The notes under the pieces are model-generated. The model was not told where the DNA came from and ran no database searches. It saw only the letters and a list, made by a program, of their open reading frames with translations. From IMG/VR virus record IMGVR_UViG_2737471862_000003, positions 1 through 44,719 of that record: a stretch of DNA of 44,719 bases; one strand, given 5' to 3'. Made by a program: the position numbers and the translations under genes. This DNA is from a virus. Lineage: Duplodnaviria > Heunggongvirae > Uroviricota > Caudoviricetes. Shown here one piece after another: positions 1 through 12,400 of this stretch. Position 1 is the first letter of the stretch; each line of letters opens with the position of its first letter.

Positions 1-582
1 TTACTCTGCAGGTGAAGTCGGCCACTCAATATCAGGTGCAGTTGATGTATCAACACGGTTCAGCAATACCCGATACTTCTTCCAGGCTTCCAGCAACGAG
101 GTTTCTTCCTCCGTTGCAATTTCCAGATCTGCAGCATCCTGAAGCGGCGCAATATGCTCACTGGCTACCTGCATCAGGCTTTTTTTTGTTTCTTCCGCCT
201 CCCGGATCCGGAACAGTTTTTCTGCTTCCGTATCCTTCACCCAGGCTGTGCCGTTCCACTTCTGATATTCCCCTCCCGGCGATAACCAGGTAAAATTTTC
301 CGGTAACGGACCGAGTTCAGAAATAAATAATGCATCCCCTGATGCCACGTCATAGACGGTTTTACCCCGATGGTCTTCAACGAGATGCCACGATGCCTCA
401 TCACTGTTGAAAACAGCCACGAAGCCAGCCGGAATATCTGGCGGTGCAATATCGGTACTGTTTGCTGGCAGACCTGTATGAGGTGGAATGTATGCATCAC
501 CTTCACCAATAAATTCATTGGTTCCGGCCAGCAGATTATAAATTTTTATGGTCCGTGGTAGTTCACTCATTCTGAATGCCAT
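1..582 (-). CDS. tfa: tail fibre assembly protein Tfa
   Basis: 193 aa ORF whose translation ([53 protein letters not shown]...) matches lambda Tfa as I remember it. Its start overlaps the stop of the upstream tail fibre gene, and its stop codon is at the window edge. Confidence 0.9.
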   Translation of the reverse strand: MAFRMSELPRTIKIYNLLAGTNEFIGEGDAYIPPHTGLPANSTDIAPPDIPAGFVAVFNSDEASWHLVEDHRGKTVYDVASGDALFISELGPLPENFTWLSPGGEYQKWNGTAWVKDTEAEKLFRIREAEETKKSLMQVASEHIAPLQDAADLEIATEEETSLLEAWKKYRVLLNRVDTSTAPDIEWPTSPAE

Positions 583-2906
583 TATGCAAGCCTCACAATA
601 TAGTTAAATGCGATGTTTTTAACGGTGTTTTCCGCGTTACCCGCAGCGTCAACAGTAATGGTATGTCCGTGTGAACCAATACTGAAAGAATGGGCATGAG
701 CACCGATAACAACCGGATGCTGGTGCGCACCAATACCAACTGTATGCGCATGTGCACCGGCACTCACGGCTGTACCGGACAATGAGTGACTGTGGTTGCC
801 CTGGCTGTCCGTTTTCGATAAATAAGCAATACCCTGTGTGTTGGTTCCTTTAACTGTGGATAAACTTCCTGTAATGGTTGCTGTTCCATACTGACTCCAG
901 CCAGAACTGTTCATCCTTAAACCACTTGTGTGGGCATGAGCACCCGCGTCCCCTGTTGAACCGCTCAGACTGTGAGCATGAGCCCCCGTGTTATTCGTCG
1001 ATTTGGTGCCGTAATCGAAACTGCCTGTTGTTTTCGTCCCGTAATCAAACGACGATGTGGTTTTCGTCCCCAAATCCGTACCGGATGCACTGGCACTGTG
1101 GGTGTGCGACTTAATTCCATCCTGTTCCTGAGACAATACAGCACGACCGCTGGCGGGTTTCCCCTTGATTGTCCAGCCTCGCATATCAGGAAGCACACCC
1201 GATGGATACGCGACAGCAAGTTTTGGGTAGGCTGATTTGTCAAACGCCTGCCCCTGCATCAGGACGTAGCCAGACGGAACGATATCTGATGGCCACGGGA
1301 TCGGCGCACCTGCCGGAAAGGCCGAATTCTCTCCGGCCCCAAGGTATTCAAGAACATCTGCAACGGAATTTTTTGCCAGAATATCCCTGCCAACCTGAGT
1401 CAGTTCAGTCAGGCTGGCGGCATCATTTTCCGTAAAATACGGTAATTTATTTTTCGCCGTGGAAAGCCCTGCCAGCGCCGTCAGTGTCGCATTCTTCGGT
1501 TGTTTACCCGCAAGCGCGTTAGTCATGGTGGTAGCAAAATCTGGATCATTCCCGAGCGCTGCGGCCAGTTCATTCAGCGTATTCAGTGCGTCAGGTGACG
1601 CGTCGATAACATCTGCAATCGCGGCCAGTACAAAAGCGGTGTTCGCAATCTGGGTATTGTTTGTTCCCCTGAGCGCGGTTGGTGCTGTTGGCGTTCCGGT
1701 CAGTGCCGGACTGTCCAGTGGGGCTTTTCTGTTCGTTTCATCCATTACCACCTTAACCGCCTTTGGCGTTGCAGCAAGCGTTTCAGACGTGCTGTTGGTT
1801 GCACTGCTGAGCTGCACTATCCCCTTTCTCGTTGTGTCCGCATCCTCAAGCGCGACAGCTGAAGCTATATCTTCTGCACGTTTTGCCGAATTTTCTGCAC
1901 GTATTGCCGCCGCTTCTGCCGCACTTTTGCTCTGCGATGCTGATACCGCACTTCCCGCAGCCTCTGTCGCCTTCGTGGATGCCGTTGACGCACTCCCCGC
2001 CGCCGCTGTTTTTGCGTCTGCCGCGGCAGAAGCGCTCCGTTCCGCTGCTGTTTCAGATGACCTGGCATTCGTCTCGGACGTTTTTGCCGCCCTGGCAGAA
2101 TTTTCTGCCGCCGTTGCCGAGGAAGCTGCACGACCGGCACTTGATGATGCGTTCGTTTCTGATGATTTTGCTGCCTCTTTTGAGGCCACCGCATCTCGTG
2201 CTGAAGTGGCGGCCTCTGACGCTTTCGTGGTCGCGGTGGAGGCAGACGTGGCGGCTGATTGTTGTGACGCTGCAGCATTCGTTTCTGACGTTTTCGCCGC
2301 ACCGGCACTGGTGGCCGCCGCGTTTTTTGAGGACTCTGCGGCTGCGGCACTTTTTTCCGCTTCAGTGGCCTTTGCTGATGCCGCTTCTGCGCCGGAGGAC
2401 GCTTCCTGAGCTGACGATGCAGCCTGTCCGGCGGACGTGCTGGCGGCGCGTGCTGAGTCAGTTGCATCAGTCACAAGGGCCGCGACCTGAGCAGCTGATG
2501 CACTGGCATCGCCGGCTGATTTCTTCGCGTCTGCCGTACTCTGTGCCACCACGGACGCGTTACGCGCCACCTCTTCCACCATCAGTTCAAGACGACGCAG
2601 CACCTCCGGCCGGGCATCATCCTCCGTCATGGCACAGAGAAAATCATTCAGCGTCCCCGGTTGTGAATCTTCATACACGGTGATGGTCCCGGCGTGCGAT
2701 GGTGGAAAACCGTCAACCTGCAGGATGACACTGTACTGACCGTACTCCACATCCATGCTGTAACGCCCGGCTTCATCCGGATTCTCTGAGCCCACCGTGT
2801 TCACCACCACCGTGGTGCTGTTACGTCTGGCTTTCAGCTGAATGGTGCAGTTCTGTACCGGTTTTCCTGTGCCGTCTTTCAGGACTCCTGAAATCTTTAC
2901 TGCCAT
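582..2906 (-). CDS. stf: side tail fibre protein with Ala/Ser-rich low-complexity shaft and C-terminal Gly/His-rich repeats
   Basis: 776 aa ORF. N-terminus ([26 protein letters not shown]...) is lambda Stf-like, followed by a long Ala/Ser/Thr-rich region and repeated GAHAH and GTKTT.SFDYGTK motifs. Start placed at the internal ATG (M3). Confidence 0.9.
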   Translation of the reverse strand: MAVKISGVLKDGTGKPVQNCTIQLKARRNSTTVVVNTVGSENPDEAGRYSMDVEYGQYSVILQVDGFPPSHAGTITVYEDSQPGTLNDFLCAMTEDDARPEVLRRLELMVEEVARNASVVAQSTADAKKSAGDASASAAQVAALVTDATDSARAASTSAGQAASSAQEASSGAEAASAKATEAEKSAAAAESSKNAAATSAGAAKTSETNAAASQQSAATSASTATTKASEAATSARDAVASKEAAKSSETNASSSAGRAASSATAAENSARAAKTSETNARSSETAAERSASAAADAKTAAAGSASTASTKATEAAGSAVSASQSKSAAEAAAIRAENSAKRAEDIASAVALEDADTTRKGIVQLSSATNSTSETLAATPKAVKVVMDETNRKAPLDSPALTGTPTAPTALRGTNNTQIANTAFVLAAIADVIDASPDALNTLNELAAALGNDPDFATTMTNALAGKQPKNATLTALAGLSTAKNKLPYFTENDAASLTELTQVGRDILAKNSVADVLEYLGAGENSAFPAGAPIPWPSDIVPSGYVLMQGQAFDKSAYPKLAVAYPSGVLPDMRGWTIKGKPASGRAVLSQEQDGIKSHTHSASASGTDLGTKTTSSFDYGTKTTGSFDYGTKSTNNTGAHAHSLSGSTGDAGAHAHTSGLRMNSSGWSQYGTATITGSLSTVKGTNTQGIAYLSKTDSQGNHSHSLSGTAVSAGAHAHTVGIGAHQHPVVIGAHAHSFSIGSHGHTITVDAAGNAENTVKNIAFNYIVRLA

Positions 2907-2917
2907 ATTCACCCCAC

Positions 2918-2943
2918 AAAAAAGCCCACCGGTTCCGGCGGGC
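2918..2943 (-). terminator. intrinsic terminator downstream of lom
   Basis: GC-rich hairpin (GCCCGCCGG/CCGGTGGGC) followed by a T-run on the minus strand, between the lom stop and the stf start. Coordinates approximate. Confidence 0.5.
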
Positions 2944-2970
2944 TGTCATAACACTGTGTTACCTGGCTAA

Positions 2971-3591
2971 TCAGAATTTATAACCGACCCCAACGATGAA
3001 TCCGTCAGTACGCCAGTCGCCACTGCCGGAGCCTTCATAAGCAATATCAACAACGACGGACGCTGCCGGATTAATCTGTATACCTGCACTCCACGCCACT
3101 GAGGTATGCCGCATTGCTCTTTCGTCCCTGGCGGTGGTCGTCTCTTTCATATACCCGGGAGTGATTTCCGTCTTACGGTAATCCCTTGTACTGCCGGACC
3201 ACCGACTGTGAGCCACTCCGGCCATGGCGTACGCACTGACCTGCTTACTGATTTGTAAAACCGGTCCGGCCATCACGCTCACATAACGTCCACGCAGGCT
3301 CTCATAGTGAAACGTATCCTCCCCGGTCATCACTGTGCTGCTCTTTTTCGACGCGGCGAACCCCAGGGAAGCCATCACCCCCACACTGTCCGTCAGTTCA
3401 TAACGGTACTTCACGTTAATCCCTTTCAGATGACTCACACCGGTATCCCCGCCCGACAACGACGGCAATGTACCCGGTTTCACCTGAAAATAGCCCACCG
3501 TAAACGTACCATGTCCACCTTCCGCACGGGCCGGAGTGACTGTCACCGCAAGTGCGGCAAAGACAGCAACGGCAATACACACATTACGCAT
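2971..3591 (-). CDS. lom: Lom/Ail-family outer membrane beta-barrel protein
   Basis: 206 aa with an N-terminal signal peptide (MRNVCIAVAVFAALAVTVTPARA), beta-strand-rich sequence ending in an aromatic residue (GVGYKF), and the lambda position between J and stf. Confidence 0.85.
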   Translation of the reverse strand: MRNVCIAVAVFAALAVTVTPARAEGGHGTFTVGYFQVKPGTLPSLSGGDTGVSHLKGINVKYRYELTDSVGVMASLGFAASKKSSTVMTGEDTFHYESLRGRYVSVMAGPVLQISKQVSAYAMAGVAHSRWSGSTRDYRKTEITPGYMKETTTARDERAMRHTSVAWSAGIQINPAASVVVDIAYEGSGSGDWRTDGFIVGVGYKF

Positions 3592-3652
3592 CGTTCACCT
3601 CTCACTGTTTTATAATAAAACGCCCGTTCCCGGACGAACCTCTGTAACACAC

Positions 3653-6600
3653 TCAGACCACGCTGATGCCCAGCGTCTGTTTCTTAATCACCATAACCTG
3701 CACATCGCTGGCAAACGTATCCGGCGGAATATCTGCCGAATGCCGTGTGGACGTAAGCGTGAACGTCAGGATCACGTTTCCCCGACCCGCTGGCATGTCA
3801 ACAATACGGGAGAACACCTGTACCGCCTCGTTCGCCGCGCCATCATAAATCACCGCACCGTTCATCAGTACTTTCAGATAACACATCGAATACGTTGTCC
3901 TGCCGCTGACAGTACGCTTACTTCCGCGAAACGTCAGCGGAAGCACCACTATCTGGCGATCAAAAGGATGGTCATCGGTCACGGTGACAGTACGGGTACC
4001 TGACGGCCAGTCCACACTGCTTTCACGCTGGCGCGGAAAAGCCGCACTCGCCGCCTTTACAATGTCCCCGACGATTTTTTCCGCCCTCAGCGTACCGTTT
4101 ATCGTACAGTTTTCAGCTATCGTCACATTACTGAGCGTCCCGGCGTTCGCATTCACGTTACCACTGATATCGGCATTTTTCGCCGTCAGCCGGCCATCAG
4201 GTGTCAGGGAAAATGCCGGAGGATTACCGCCGCTGGTAATGGTGGGGGCCGTCAGGCGTTTCAGGAACACGTCATTCATGAATATCTGATTGCCCTGCGC
4301 CACAAACATCGGCGTTTCATTCCCGTTTGCCGGGTCAATAAACGCGATACGATTGGCGGCAACCAGAAACTGGCTCAGTTTGCCTTCCTCTGTATCCTCC
4401 ATGCTGAGGCCAAGTCCCGTGACATAATGTCTGCCGTCTCTGGTCTGCTCAATTTTGACGCCCCACATGGCATTCCATTTATCACTGGCGTCTTTCCACT
4501 CTTTCGAAAACTCATCCAGTCTGCTGGCGTTATCCTCCGTCAGGTCGACTTTTTCCAGCAACTCCTTGCCGAGATGAGATTCGGTTATCTTGCCTTTGAA
4601 AAAATCCAGGTAACCTTCCGCATCATCGCTCGCCCGACCGACAGCCTCCACGAATGCCGATTTGCCAACGGTGTTCACACTGCGAACGTAAAAATAATAA
4701 TCATGGCCCGGCCTGATATTGATACTGGCGGCTATCCAGTACAGCGCCGTACCAAGATAACGCGCGCTGGTTTCAACCTGCCTGATATCGGTAATCTGCT
4801 TTTCCGAGAACCAGAACTCAAACTGCACTGTCGGGTCATATACAGCCAGTTTCGGGACCGCCGTTATCTGAAAATAGCCCGGCGTCAGCTCAATCTGTGA
4901 CGGTGCAGCCGGTGCGGCAATCCGGAAAGAGACCGACGCCGCATCGCCCTGTTGCCCCCACGCATTTACCGCCCGGACCGTCAGCGTGTAATGCCCCAGC
5001 GCCAGTTGCCTGAAGCGGTATGTGGTTTCCGTCGTCCTGGCCGTGCTGACCAGCCGCTCACTGCCGTCATCCGCTGCCACGGTCAGGCGAAGCAGGAAGC
5101 TCACGCCCTTCACCACCTTCGGCGTGTCCCAGCGCGCCAGCACCTGATACTCCCCGCTGTCTGCGGTGACTTCGGCGGTCAGGTGCTGCACCGCTGGCGG
5201 CGTGACACCATTCACCGTGCCGCTCTGGTCGCCGTCAAAGTGCGCCCCGTTATCCACGATGGCCTCTTTTTCCGGTACATGCTGCACGGCGGTGATGGCA
5301 TACGTGCCGTCGTCGTTCTCACGGATACTCACGCAGCGGAACAGGCGCTGGCGCAACGTCGGCAGCTTCAGCCCCCATACGCTGTATTCAGCAACGCCGT
5401 CAGGAACACGGCTCACTTTCACCTTCACGCCGTCGGTGACGGACTGAACCTCCACGCTGACCGGACTCCCCTGCCCGTCAACCAGGCTTATCAGCGTGGT
5501 GCCGGAAGATGGCAGCGTGATTTCACGGTCGAGCGTCAGCGTCCGGGTCTGGCTGTTTACCGCCAGCACGCGCCCGCCGGTGCTGATACCGGCATAGTCA
5601 TCATCACAGATTTCAATGACATCGCCCGGCACATGGCGAAGCCCTTCTGCGCCCACGCTGAAGTCCACGGTCTGCGTTTCCAGCAGTTCTGTTTTAATCA
5701 GCCACAGCCCGGCGCGGTGTGCCTGCCCCCGGCTGGTACAGCCAAAAGCATCCATCTTCGTGACGTTACGACCGTAACGGGCAATGGCCTGCGTATCCTC
5801 CACAAGCTCCGTCGCCGTCTCCCAGCCGTTATCCGGGTCAATCCAGTTCACCTCCACGGCATTATGGCGGTCTTTCAGGGCGCTGAAGCTGTAACGGAAC
5901 GGCGCGCCATCATCCGGTATCACCACATTGCTGCGGTTATAGGTCCACACCTTATCCGACGGTCTGTCCTGCACGAACGTCAGCGTCTGTCCGTTCCATA
6001 CCGGCATACAGCGCATCGCCGAGCAGAAATCGCTGAGCACATCCCACGCCTTACGCTGTGATGCCAGATAAGCATTACAGGTGATACGCGGCTCCGTGCC
6101 ACCATAGCCATCCGGTACTGACTGGTCACAGTACTGACCGATAACATACAGGGTCCATTTATCCACCTCCGCTGCCCCGAGACGTTGTCCCATGCCATAA
6201 CGCGGATGGGTGAGCATGTCCCACAGGCACCAGGCCATGTTGTTACTGTATGCCGGTTTAAGTGTCCCGTCCCAGATACCGCTGTACTGCCGCGTCTGTG
6301 GATCATAGTTCGACGGTACCTGCAGAATGCGTCCACGAAGATGGTAATTACGGCCCACCTGCTGGCTGCCGAACTGCTCCGAGTCCACCTGTACACCGAC
6401 CAGTGCCGTGTTCGGGTAGCCCTGTTTCACATCGATGATTTCGGTGTATGACGACCAGAGCGTTTTGTTCTGCAGCTGGTCTGTGGTGCTGTCCGGCGTC
6501 ATTCTGCGCATCCGGATATTAAACGGGCGCGGCGGCAGGTTACCCACCACCACCGAGGCCAGATACTGCGAGGTGGTTTTGCCCTTAATGGTGATGTCTT

Positions 6601-7051
6601 TTTCCGTCACCCAGCCACCATTACGCTGTATCTGAACCAGCAGACGGACTTCCGACGGATTCCTGTCACCCTTTGAGGTGGTTTCCACCAGTGCCTGCAC
6701 ACCGAAGGTAAAGCGCAGACGGTCGATGTTTGCAGACGTGATGGTCCGGGTAATCGGCGTGTCGTACTTCACTTCCGTACCCAGCACCGTCTCGGAGCCG
6801 GAGGATTCAAATCCCTCCGGCGGTGTCTGCTCCTGCTCACCTGCCCGGAACACCACCGTGACGCCGGATATATTGGTATTCCCCTCACTGTCCAGCACCG
6901 GCGTACTGTTCAGCAGCACGCTTTTTAATCCATCCACCGGACCTTCAATCGGCCCTTCACTGATCGCATCAATCACGCTCAGTAACTGCGTGGATTTCAG
7001 GTTATCTTTCGCTTCGCGAGGAGTGTGCCCCTTGCTGCCACCTTTACCCAT
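3653..7051 (-). CDS. J: tail tip / host specificity protein J
   Basis: 1132 aa, the same length as lambda J, with a lambda J-like N-terminus ([24 protein letters not shown]...). Lies between I and lom. Confidence 0.95.
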   Translation of the reverse strand: MGKGGSKGHTPREAKDNLKSTQLLSVIDAISEGPIEGPVDGLKSVLLNSTPVLDSEGNTNISGVTVVFRAGEQEQTPPEGFESSGSETVLGTEVKYDTPITRTITSANIDRLRFTFGVQALVETTSKGDRNPSEVRLLVQIQRNGGWVTEKDITIKGKTTSQYLASVVVGNLPPRPFNIRMRRMTPDSTTDQLQNKTLWSSYTEIIDVKQGYPNTALVGVQVDSEQFGSQQVGRNYHLRGRILQVPSNYDPQTRQYSGIWDGTLKPAYSNNMAWCLWDMLTHPRYGMGQRLGAAEVDKWTLYVIGQYCDQSVPDGYGGTEPRITCNAYLASQRKAWDVLSDFCSAMRCMPVWNGQTLTFVQDRPSDKVWTYNRSNVVIPDDGAPFRYSFSALKDRHNAVEVNWIDPDNGWETATELVEDTQAIARYGRNVTKMDAFGCTSRGQAHRAGLWLIKTELLETQTVDFSVGAEGLRHVPGDVIEICDDDYAGISTGGRVLAVNSQTRTLTLDREITLPSSGTTLISLVDGQGSPVSVEVQSVTDGVKVKVSRVPDGVAEYSVWGLKLPTLRQRLFRCVSIRENDDGTYAITAVQHVPEKEAIVDNGAHFDGDQSGTVNGVTPPAVQHLTAEVTADSGEYQVLARWDTPKVVKGVSFLLRLTVAADDGSERLVSTARTTETTYRFRQLALGHYTLTVRAVNAWGQQGDAASVSFRIAAPAAPSQIELTPGYFQITAVPKLAVYDPTVQFEFWFSEKQITDIRQVETSARYLGTALYWIAASINIRPGHDYYFYVRSVNTVGKSAFVEAVGRASDDAEGYLDFFKGKITESHLGKELLEKVDLTEDNASRLDEFSKEWKDASDKWNAMWGVKIEQTRDGRHYVTGLGLSMEDTEEGKLSQFLVAANRIAFIDPANGNETPMFVAQGNQIFMNDVFLKRLTAPTITSGGNPPAFSLTPDGRLTAKNADISGNVNANAGTLSNVTIAENCTINGTLRAEKIVGDIVKAASAAFPRQRESSVDWPSGTRTVTVTDDHPFDRQIVVLPLTFRGSKRTVSGRTTYSMCYLKVLMNGAVIYDGAANEAVQVFSRIVDMPAGRGNVILTFTLTSTRHSADIPPDTFASDVQVMVIKKQTLGISVV

Positions 7052-7111
7052 TTATCTGGCTCCATTAACAACAAAACCGCCCGCAGGCGGTTTCACATAA
7101 AACGTTTTACA

Positions 7112-7759
7112 TCAGCGACCAATCACCACAACCTGACCACCATCACCCTCATCAGCAGTACTGATACTCTGTGAAATCACACGCGACCCCACACGCATCT
7201 CACCATACAGTACCGGTAACGGATTCCCCTGGGCGATCATATTATCCAGCGAGGAAAAAAAGGTGTTCTGTTTGCCGTTATCCGCGGACTCCATGGACGG
7301 CGTTTTGATGGCCGGTGTCAGCATCTGCGCTATCCCGCCGAGGATCATACTGGCCCCGGCGGCATACATCCCCGTAAGTGCTGCCGCACCCAGCCAGCCC
7401 GCGGGGTTCCACCAGGCTACCGCAACAACCACAGCACCCAGGATGGTCTGAAAAATTCCGCCATGCTTTGCACCGGCAAGCCGGGGAACAATGTGGATCA
7501 CCGCACCGTCCGGTAACGGCTCATGGAGCTGTGCCGTTACCCCGGACTCGCTGACATCCCGCCCGGCGATACGTACCTGATACCAGCCGTCACTCAGTTT
7601 CTGACGAAACGACGGAAGTTGTGTGGCCAGCGCCCGGATGGCTTCAGCCCCCGTTTTCACACGAAGGTCGATGCGGCGGCCAAATCGTTGCAAATCCCCG
7701 TAAAGGCAGAGGCGTGCCATGCCCGGTGCCGCCAGAGGGAGTGTGTGCGTCGCTGCCAT
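7112..7759 (-). CDS. I: tail assembly protein I
   Basis: 215 aa (MAATHTLPLAAPGMARLCLYGDLQRFGRRIDLRVKTG...) matching lambda I. The ORF overlaps the 3' end of K. Confidence 0.9.
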   Translation of the reverse strand: MAATHTLPLAAPGMARLCLYGDLQRFGRRIDLRVKTGAEAIRALATQLPSFRQKLSDGWYQVRIAGRDVSESGVTAQLHEPLPDGAVIHIVPRLAGAKHGGIFQTILGAVVVAVAWWNPAGWLGAAALTGMYAAGASMILGGIAQMLTPAIKTPSMESADNGKQNTFFSSLDNMIAQGNPLPVLYGEMRVGSRVISQSISTADEGDGGQVVVIGR

Positions 7760-8400
7760 TTTTCTGTATACCTCTCTCGTTTACTCAGTTGTTCAGGAAT
7801 ATGGTGCAGCAGCTCGCCGTCACCACAGTAAATGGCGGCATGATTCGGCACCGATGAACCAAAGCAGCACAGCAACACATCGCCCGGCTGCGCCGCTGAC
7901 AGGGTGACCGGGTAAAAGCCTGTATCTGCCATGTTGTCCAGGTAAAGATTCTGACCGTTACGCCACCAGTCATCCTCACGATGAAAATCCGGTATCTCAA
8001 TTCCTGCCAGATGATAAGCGTCCCGGAACAGCGTGTAACAGTCCGTCACCCCGTGATCAAAGCGCCTTCCGGTCAGATGTGGCACGCAGCGGAATTTATG
8101 GAGAGCCCCCCGACAGACCAGCCACCACGGCAAATCACTCTGTACCTGCAGCTGACGGTCGGCTTCACTCAGCCAGGGCAGACCACCGGGATGGCTGTGG
8201 ACCAGCGCCACCACCTCGCCCTGTATTTGTGCCCGCAGCCAGTCTTCCGGTACCATCCGGAAACACGCCTCCGGAGTACCGGAGATATTCACGCAGGGAA
8301 GATACCTTTCCCCCTCCGGCGTTCTCACCACGAAGCCGCACGACTCCGCTGGCGCACATCGCCGGGCGTGCGCCAGAATCACTGATTCAGTCTCTGTCAT
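7657..8400 (-). CDS. K: tail assembly protein K (JAB/MPN plus NlpC/P60-like)
   Basis: Translation from the internal ATG (MTETESVILAHARRCAPAESCGFVV...) contains the HSHPGG...SEADR metallopeptidase-like motif and is lambda K-like. The extended ORF in the track begins at a non-ATG codon upstream. Confidence 0.9.
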   Translation of the reverse strand: MTETESVILAHARRCAPAESCGFVVRTPEGERYLPCVNISGTPEACFRMVPEDWLRAQIQGEVVALVHSHPGGLPWLSEADRQLQVQSDLPWWLVCRGALHKFRCVPHLTGRRFDHGVTDCYTLFRDAYHLAGIEIPDFHREDDWWRNGQNLYLDNMADTGFYPVTLSAAQPGDVLLCCFGSSVPNHAAIYCGDGELLHHIPEQLSKRERYTEKWQRRTHSLWRHRAWHASAFTGICNDLAAASTFV

Positions 8401-8404
8401 GGAT

Positions 8405-9103
8405 TTACTGCGAAAGTTTATTGATGGAAAGGAAACCGCCAAAGTTACCGACGTTATGACGTGACTTACAGCCACTCAGGCATTTACTGCATTTATCCTT
8501 CGTGATATCAGACGTCGGCTGGTCATATTCATCCGCGACAGCCGGACCGTGATAACCGCACTCATCACCGCGATAGGTCCAGGTACAGGTGTTGGCCAGC
8601 ATGGTACGTCCCGGGAAAACCGCACCGTCTGTCTCCGCTGGCGAGGCCAGAACAAACGTTGCCGTCACCGCCGTCAGATCGCTGCACTGTTCAATACGCC
8701 AGTAACTGATCACCTCCTGTTCCGGATCGGCTTCACTGTTTCCGTTAGTAAAATTCACCGCATCCAGAAAACGGGCGTAAACCTTACGCCGGATCACCGT
8801 TCCGCCAGCCAGACTCTGTAAATCCTCCACCATCCCGGTAACCATCCCGTACAGGTTGGACACCGTCAGGGTGGGGCGGGCGCTGCTTCCCTTGCCTTTC
8901 ATTTCAAACCCTGCTCCCTGAACAGGATACACCTCATATTTCCGGCCCTGCCAGGTGACGGCCTCCCCCTTCTCGTTAGGCTCATTACTGAAAAAATAAC
9001 GCTCCCCGCCAATCTCTGTCAGATCAATTTCCCAGAGTACCAGGCTGGCAGACTGCTCCGTACGGGTACATTCATTCAGTGTTTCCTGCCGGATATCCTG
9101 CAT
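8405..9103 (-). CDS. L: minor tail protein L
   Basis: 232 aa, lambda L length, in the lambda gene-order position between M and K. Confidence 0.9.
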   Translation of the reverse strand: MQDIRQETLNECTRTEQSASLVLWEIDLTEIGGERYFFSNEPNEKGEAVTWQGRKYEVYPVQGAGFEMKGKGSSARPTLTVSNLYGMVTGMVEDLQSLAGGTVIRRKVYARFLDAVNFTNGNSEADPEQEVISYWRIEQCSDLTAVTATFVLASPAETDGAVFPGRTMLANTCTWTYRGDECGYHGPAVADEYDQPTSDITKDKCSKCLSGCKSRHNVGNFGGFLSINKLSQ

Positions 9104-9112
9104 CCGTCCTCC

Positions 9113-9442
9113 TCATACCACGACCTGTTCAAAATTTGCGGTTACCGTGACCCACAGCGCCCCCACACTGGACGACCATTTACGGCAGACCACCCGGACA
9201 GGTGTCCAGCCATAAGGCGGTGTCCACTGAAACGCCCTGACCCCACCGTGCCGGGCCAGAAACGCTTCCAGCGCCTGATGCTCCCCTTTACGGACACGGA
9301 TCGTGACACTGTACGTTGGCAACAGAGGATTCAGTCCCGCCGGACGACGCTGTTCATAACCATCACCCAGTTTAACTGTCACCACTTTGGGCTCTGAATC
9401 CACCTTCATATCCGGACGGACTTTCCAGCTAAATATCTCCAT
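9113..9442 (-). CDS. M: minor tail protein M
   Basis: About 109 aa, ending ...FEQVV as lambda M does. Its ATG overlaps the H stop (ATGA). Confidence 0.9.
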   Translation of the reverse strand: MEIFSWKVRPDMKVDSEPKVVTVKLGDGYEQRRPAGLNPLLPTYSVTIRVRKGEHQALEAFLARHGGVRAFQWTPPYGWTPVRVVCRKWSSSVGALWVTVTANFEQVVV

Positions 9443-12400
9443 CACCGGTATACTCCGCTTAACTGCCCGCCATCACGGGACTGTTGTTGCATAAAATCTT
9501 CTGCAGCCCTTTTCCCCAGGTTGTAAACCGCCTGCATGACTTCCGGCCCAATCTGTCCGTTCTGGCCATCATTATTGATCTCGATGTTGTACTGCGGCGC
9601 AAACATCACCATCCCCGAACCACAGGTCGCTGCCACAACACCCAGCTTACCGTCAGCCCCCCTGCGCAAGGGCAGGATAGCCTCAGGCCCCGCTTCACCC
9701 ATCACCCCCGCGCCTTTTGCAAAAGCAAAAAACGTCGGACGGTTAACCACCGTGCCACTGTAGCGACTCAAATCAGCAGACTGATAAACACCACCTTCTG
9801 CATTGGTTTTCACATCACCGAAATCAAACCCCATCACACTGCCAATCCCTTTGACAGCCTTCATCATGGTTGCCTGCGCCAGAATTTTTGCCATATCTGA
9901 CAGCACAGATGAGGTGAAAGATTTGAAATTGAGTTTGCCGGTGGTAACAAAAGTTGCCAGACCATTTCCCATACTACTGAAAGCAGACATAAACATCTGT
10001 TCTGCAGTCCCGGCAGCATTATCCGCGTCGGCAGTAAAATTCATGAACGCGCGTTTTGTACCGTTTCTCCACTCCCCCTGCGCAGCATCCATCTGTTGCC
10101 AGTAGCGGCGATTCTCATTCAGTTTCCGGTTCAGACTGTCTGTCAGCGTCTGTTCAGCCTTCCGGTATGCGTCAGAACCATACGAGCCTTTCTGCTTACT
10201 GTCCCGTTCAAGTTGCTCCAGCTGTTGCTGGTACTGCTGTCGTAGACGCAACTGCGACTGGTACCGCTGCCGTTGCTGATCGCCCATTCCTGCCATGGCA
10301 ACGTCCAGATCGTGTTGCTGACGCTGTGCGCACTCTTCCTCAGCCAGTTGACTGGTCAGCTGAATGGTCTTTTTCTTCAGGTCATTGAGGGCAGTCTGCT
10401 TCTGCAGCTCCTGCTGTTTTGCATCCAGCAGCGTCAGCGCCTGAATCAGCTCATCCTTGTGAGCCAGTACACTTTTTTCATCTGCTGTCAGTTTTTTACC
10501 GGCTAAATCGCTGATACGCTGCTGAAGGGCCAGAAGCTGTTTATGCGCTTCTGTCATCCTTTCAGTAGCCATGCCCGCTGACTGTCTGGCGGCGGCAATC
10601 TGTCCCTCCACCTGCGCCTGTTGCTGGCTGTACTGCAGTAATAGCCGGGTGGCCTCATCATTACGGGTGGCAGGCGTTTTTTTCTTAATGGCTTTTTCGT
10701 AACGTTCATTTTCACGCTGTATCGCTGCGTCCCTGACCGCCTGATCGGCGTACTGCATGGCATTAATACGCGCAATTTCACGCTGATGTCGTGCTGCTTC
10801 CGTTTCGTTCATCCGGTTCAGCGCGGCATTTTCAGCATTCCGGCGTTTCTGCTGCTCCTGATAATTTCGCTCAGCCTGCTCTTTTGCATCCTGCAAATCC
10901 TGCTGGCGTTTTCGCTCTTGCAGCGCATCCAGTTGTTGCTGATCGTATTCCCCCGTGGTGGACGCCTTAGTCCACGGAAATTTCTTCGCCCGCTGAATTT
11001 TTTCCTGCAGCGACGCAATCTGCGCATCAAGGGAATCTTCCCGACCAATGTTCATGGCCGCATCCCAGAACTGCTTCCACCAGTCAGACAAGGTTTGCAG
11101 CGTACTGCCCAGCGCATTGAGGTTATTATCAATATCCGACGTACGTTTACCGGTTTCCTCTGCCAGTGCAGACATGGCTATCCGGGCTGCGTCACTGGTG
11201 CGCCCCTGCTCTCCGAGCACACGGATCTGTTCAAGCTGGGTGGCTGTCAGAAAATGCAGTTCATCATCCAGCGCCTTCGCAGCACTGACCGGATCATCCT
11301 TCAGCCGTTTAAACTGACTGATGGTGTCACTGACAGACTGCCCTACCGAGCGTTCCATCTGTGCGGCAGCTTTCGCCACCATACCAATATCGTTACCGTG
11401 AAATGCACCGCTCCCCACTACCTGCGCCAGTGACCCCGCCATGGCATGTTGCGTGATGCCATTACCGGAAAGATTTTTACTGAGCGCCCACAACTGCCCG
11501 GCAGTCACACCGGCATAGTGTCCGGTGAGCTCAAGCTGCCGGTTAAAGGCTTCGCCTTCTTCCTGTCCCTCCATCCAGGCTTTACCCAGACCAATAACCG
11601 CAGCAGTGATCCCTCCGATAACTCCCCCCACCGCCAGGCCTTTCGGAGTCATTAATTTATCAATCCAGCCGGCACGGTTAGCCAGGGTGATCCCGGAGCC
11701 ACGAAGCGCACCGAAATTACCACGTGCCAGCTCACCAATCATGACCCCCAGCTCCCGACGGGCTGCCGCACTTTTCAGTCCCAGCGAATGTGTGGTGTTT
11801 CCGGCTTTCTCCATTTTACGGATGTACACCTCCGCGGCACTGCTGCACCCAAGTTGTGCCGCCTTTGCCCGAAGCAGTTCCGTCGTGGTCATTTTCTGGC
11901 GACTTGTCTGTTCTTTCAGCTGACGAATAAATGCGGTTTTCTGGCGGGTGGCCGTTTCCTCTGCCTGTGTCAGAACGCGGGTTTTCGCTGTCACCTCAGA
12001 AATCAGGGCCAGATAATCCTGCTGAGCAATCCCGCCACTGTTTCTGGCCTGTCGGATCTGCTGCTGAATACGCTGTAACTCCTGCAGCCCCGCACTGGCC
12101 TGTTGTACGCTGTCGATCTGACGATAAAATGCGGCAGCCATCTTATCCTGCGCCGCAGCCAGCGCAGCCGCCTGAACCTGCTCCTCCCGCATCTGACGAC
12201 TCAGGGCCTCCATCCGCAGGCGCGCCCTTTCCACATCTTCCGCCAGCGAAACATGCCCCTGCGCATGCTTCACCACGGCCTGAGTCTGTATCACCGTCGC
12301 GCTGGCAGCCTGTTTCTGACTTTCCTCAAACCGTTTCATACGGGCTTCGGCCCGCTCCGCCTCCCTTGCTGTACCATTCAGCAGATTTTTTACACGCGGA

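Noticed and set aside
1459-2683. Long plus-strand ORFs (316 and 283 aa) and a minus-strand Arg/Gln-rich 200 aa ORF inside the tail fibre gene
   Set aside because: They are alternative-frame or antisense readings of the Ala/Ser-rich, GC-rich stf coding repeat. Their composition is extreme (poly-Ala/Ser or poly-Arg/Pro/Gln) and they sit wholly within a gene that is well supported as lambda Stf-like.
4952-6061. 369 aa plus-strand ORF antisense to J
   Set aside because: Fully embedded antisense to the tail tip protein gene, Arg/His-rich, with no ribosome-binding site context. It is a by-product of a long GC-rich coding region.
10786-11433. 215 aa plus-strand ORF antisense to the tape measure gene, and other antisense ORFs within H
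   Set aside because: Embedded in the coiled-coil tape measure gene. Codon-biased repetitive sequence on the opposite strand commonly generates long spurious antisense ORFs.
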